A stretch of 63,728 nt of DNA, filler included, from Raillietiella orientalis (lineage: Eukaryota), in assembly GCA_036172245.1 (NCBI GenBank). It is 3 parts of 3 records of this genome, joined end to end, with 100 filler letters (N's around TTAATTAATTAA, not from the genome) between each part and the next. Parts side by side here need not be neighbours in the genome. Positions count along the whole stretch, not along the records: positions 48,786 to 63,728 come from JAYWIR010000254.1; 2 more parts are not named here. One strand, given 5' to 3'. Positions 60,701 to 63,728 of this stretch are shown here, piece by piece; position 1 is the first letter of the stretch, and the number at the start of each line of letters is the position of its first letter. The notes beneath the pieces were generated by a model. It searched no databases. It saw only the letters and a list, made by a program, of their open reading frames with translations, and was not told the DNA's origin. The position numbers and the translations under genes are program-made.

Positions 60701-63700
60701 GAAAGGGATTTGCCACTCACTGCAAAAGGATACTTCGTGAAGAGGCGCAAAAGTGCAATGGTGAAATCTTCTGTTTTCTAATTGAATACAAATCTCCAAA
60801 AGTTGCAAAGTTGGACCAAATAAGGAATGGGAGCGAACGAGAATATTCCCCTTGTAAGTCCGACACTGGTTACCATGAAAACAACACAGAGTCCAATGTG
60901 CCACGCCCTAATGAAATTTCGAACTCTTCTTAATCATCCTCTGAAAGCAGAAATTGGAAGGGCTTTCGGCTCTCCATGAAAGGTATTTGCCACTCACTGC
61001 AAAAGGATGCTTCGTGAAGAGGTGCAAAAGTGTAATGGTGAAATCTTCTGTTTTTTAATTGAATACAAATCCCCAAAAGCTGCAAAGTTGGACCACATAA
61101 TGAAAGGGAGCGAAGGAGAATATTCCCCTTGAAAGTCCGACACTGGTTACCATGAAAACAAGACCGAGTCCAAAGTGCCACGCCCTAATGAAGTTTGGAA
61201 CTCTTCTTAATCATCCTCTGAAAGCAGAGATTGGAAGGGCTTGCGGCTCTCCATGAAAGGGATTCGCCACTCACTGCAAAAGGATACTTCGTGAAGGGGC
61301 GCAAAAGTGCAATGGTGAAATCTTCTGTTTTCTAATTGAATACAAATCTCCAAAAGTTGCAAAGTTGGACCACATAATGAATGGGAGCGAACGAGAATAT
61401 TCCCCTTGTAAGTCCGACACTGGTTACCATGAAAAGAAGACAGAGTCCAAAGTTCCACGCCCTAATGAAGTTTGGAACTCTTCTTAATCATCCTCTGAAA
61501 GCAGAGATTGGAAGGGCTTGCGGCTCTCCATGAAAGGGATTTGCCACTCACTGCAAAAGGATACTTCGTGAAGAGCCGCAAAAGTGCAATGGTGAAATCT
61601 TCTGTTTTCTAATTGAATAGAAATCCCCAAAAGCTGCAAAGTTGGACCACATAATGAAAGGGAGCGAAGGAGAATATTCCCTTTGTAAGTCCGACACTGG
61701 TTACCAAGAAAACAAGACAGAGTCCAAAGTGCCACGCCCTAATGAAGTTTCGAACTCTTCTTAATCATCCTCTGAAAGCAGAGATTGGAAGGGTTTGCGG
61801 CTCTCCATGAAAGGGATTTGCCACTCACTGCAAAAGGATACTTCGTGAAGAGGCGCAAAAGTGCAATGGTTAAATCTTCTGTTTTCTAATTGAATACAAA
61901 TCTCCAAAAGTTGCAAAGTTGGACCAAATAATAAATGGGAGCGAACGAGAATATTCCCCTTGTAAGTCCGACTCTGGTTACCATGAAAACCACACAGAGT
62001 CCAAAGTGCCACGCCCTAATGAAATTTCGAACTCTTCTTTATCATCCTCTGAAAGCAGAGATTGGAAGGGCTTTCGGCTCTCCATGAAAAGGATTTGCCA
62101 CTCACTGCAAAAGGATGCTTCGTGAAGAGGTGCAAAAGTGCAATGGTGAAATCTTCTGTTTTCTAATTGAAGACAAATCCCCAAAAGCTGCAAAGTTGGA
62201 TCACATAATGAATGGGAGCGAACGAGAATATTCCCCTTGTAAGTCCGACTCTGGTTACCATGAAAACAACACAGAGTCCAAAGTGCCACGCCCTAATGAA
62301 ATTTCGAACTCTTCTTAATCATCCTCTGAAAGCAGAGATTGGAAGGGCTTTCGGCTCTCCATGAAAAGGATTTGCCACTCACTGCAAAAGGATGCTTCGT
62401 GAAGAGGTGCAAAAGTGCAATGGTGAAATCTTCTGTTTTCTAATTGAATACAAATCCCCAAAAGCTGCAAAGTTGGATCACATAATGAATGGGAGCGAAC
62501 GAGAATATTCCCCTTGGAAGTCCGACACTGGTTACCATGAAAACAACACAGAGTCTAAAGAGCCACGCCCTAATGAAATTTCGAACTCTTCTTAATCATC
62601 CTCTGAAAGCAGAGATTGGAAGGGCTTTCGGCTCTCCATGAAAGGTATTTGCCACACACTGCAAAAGGATACTTCGTGAAGAGGCGCAAAAGTGCAATGG
62701 GGAAATCTTCTGTTTTCTAATTGAATACAAATCTCCAAAAGTTGCAAAGTTGGACCACATAATGAATGGGAGCGAACGAGAATATTCCCCTTGTAAGTCC
62801 GACTCTGGTTACCATGAAAACAACACAGAGTCCAATGTGCCACGCCCTAATGAAATTTCGAACTCTTCTTAATCATCCTCTGAAAGCAGAAAATTGGAAG
62901 GGCTTGCGGCTCTCCATGAAAGGGGTTTGCCACTCACTGCAAAAGGATGCTTCGTGAAGAGGCGCAAAAGTGCAATGGTGAAATCTTCTGTTTTCTAATT
63001 GATTACAAATCCCCAAAAGCTTGAAAGTTCGACCGCATAATGAATGAGAGCGAAGTTGAATATTCCCCTTGTAAGTCCGACACTGGTTACCATGAAAACA
63101 AGATAGAGACCAAAGTGCCACGCCCTAATGAAATTTCGAACTCTTCTTAATCATCCTCTGAAAGCAGAGATTGGAAGGGCTTGCGGCTCTCAATGAAAGG
63201 GATTTGCCACTCACTGCAAAAGGATACTTCGTGAAGAGGCGCAAAAGTGCAATGGTGGAATCTTCTGTTTTCTAATTGAATACAAATCCCCAAAAGCTGC
63301 AAAGTTGGACCACATAATGAAAGGGAGCGAAGGAGAATATTCGCCTTCAAAGTCCGACACTGGTTACCATGAAAACAAGACAGAGTCCAAAGTGCCACGC
63401 CCTAATGAAGTTTCGAACTCTTCTTAATCATCCTCTGAAAGCAGAGATTGGAAGGGCTTGCGGCTCTCCATGAAAGGGATTTGCCACTCACTGCAAAAGG
63501 ATACTTCGTGAAGAGGCGCAAAAGTGCAATGGTTAAATCTTCTGTTTTCTAATTGAATACAAATCTCCAAAAGTTGCAAAGTTGGACCAAATAATAAATG
63601 GGAGCGAACCAGAATATTCCCCTTGTAAGTCCGACTCTGGTTACCATGAAAACCACACAGAGTCCAAAGTGCCACGCCCTAATGAAATTTCGAACTCTTC

Positions 63701-63728
63701 TTAATCATCCTCTGAAAGCAGGGTGGAA
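48786..63728. repeat. Tandem satellite array, 277-bp monomer (~54 copies, runs to window end)
   Basis: Equivalent ORFs recur at 277-bp steps (49028, 49305, 49582, 49859). The unit runs GCGGCTCTCCATGAAAGGGATTTGCCACTCACTGCAAAAGGATACTTCGTGAAGAGG...AATATTCCCCTTG...GGTTACCATGAAAAC...TTCGAACTCTTCTTAATCATCCTCTGAAAGCAGAGATTGGAAGGG. Most monomers carry SspI, BstEII and BstBI sites. Confidence 0.98.
51003..62870. repeat. Duplication of a ~9-monomer block at a ~9408-bp offset (about 51003-53460 vs 60417-62870)
   Basis: The same ordered series of monomer variants occurs in both copies. ORFs pair up as 51245/60653, 51799/61207, 52351/61761, 52568/61978 and 53182/62592. Confidence 0.88.

Noticed and set aside
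17..63675. All ORFs in the six-frame track (60-aa repeat ORFs, 98/82-aa and 83-aa ORFs)
   Set aside because: They are translations of satellite monomers. They overlap in several frames and strands, are broken by random stops and frameshifts, resemble no protein family I know, and have no unique flanking sequence.
1..63728. CRISPR array or repeat-spacer system
   Set aside because: The units repeat along their whole length, with no unique spacers, no leader and no cas genes.
24412..63728. Tandem 5S rRNA, tRNA or snRNA gene arrays
   Set aside because: I recognise no 5S, tRNA cloverleaf or U-snRNA sequence, and there is no conserved-gene versus variable-spacer partition within the monomers.

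Overview
The window has no credible gene. It consists of three tandem satellite-DNA arrays with different monomers: a 180-bp monomer (1-24311, ~135 copies), a 286-bp monomer (24412-48685, ~85 copies) and a 277-bp monomer (48786-63728, ~54 copies). They are joined by two identical artificial 100-bp linkers (N44-TTAATTAATTAA-N44, stop codons in all six frames). So these are three concatenated contigs, and their adjacency is not biological. The organisation is typical of eukaryotic heterochromatic or (peri)centromeric satellite. I cannot identify the organism or match the monomers to a named family. All ORFs in the track are translations of the repeat units. The most interesting signals are structural and were found by eye. 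(i) Short motifs are shared between the three families (colinear between the 180- and 277-bp units), hinting at one satellite superfamily. (ii) The 286- and 277-bp units both appear to be ancient dimers of a ~140-bp subunit. (iii) Each array has multi-monomer duplications or incipient higher-order repeats. (iv) The monomers carry dyad symmetries. I found no support for a novel gene-based system.
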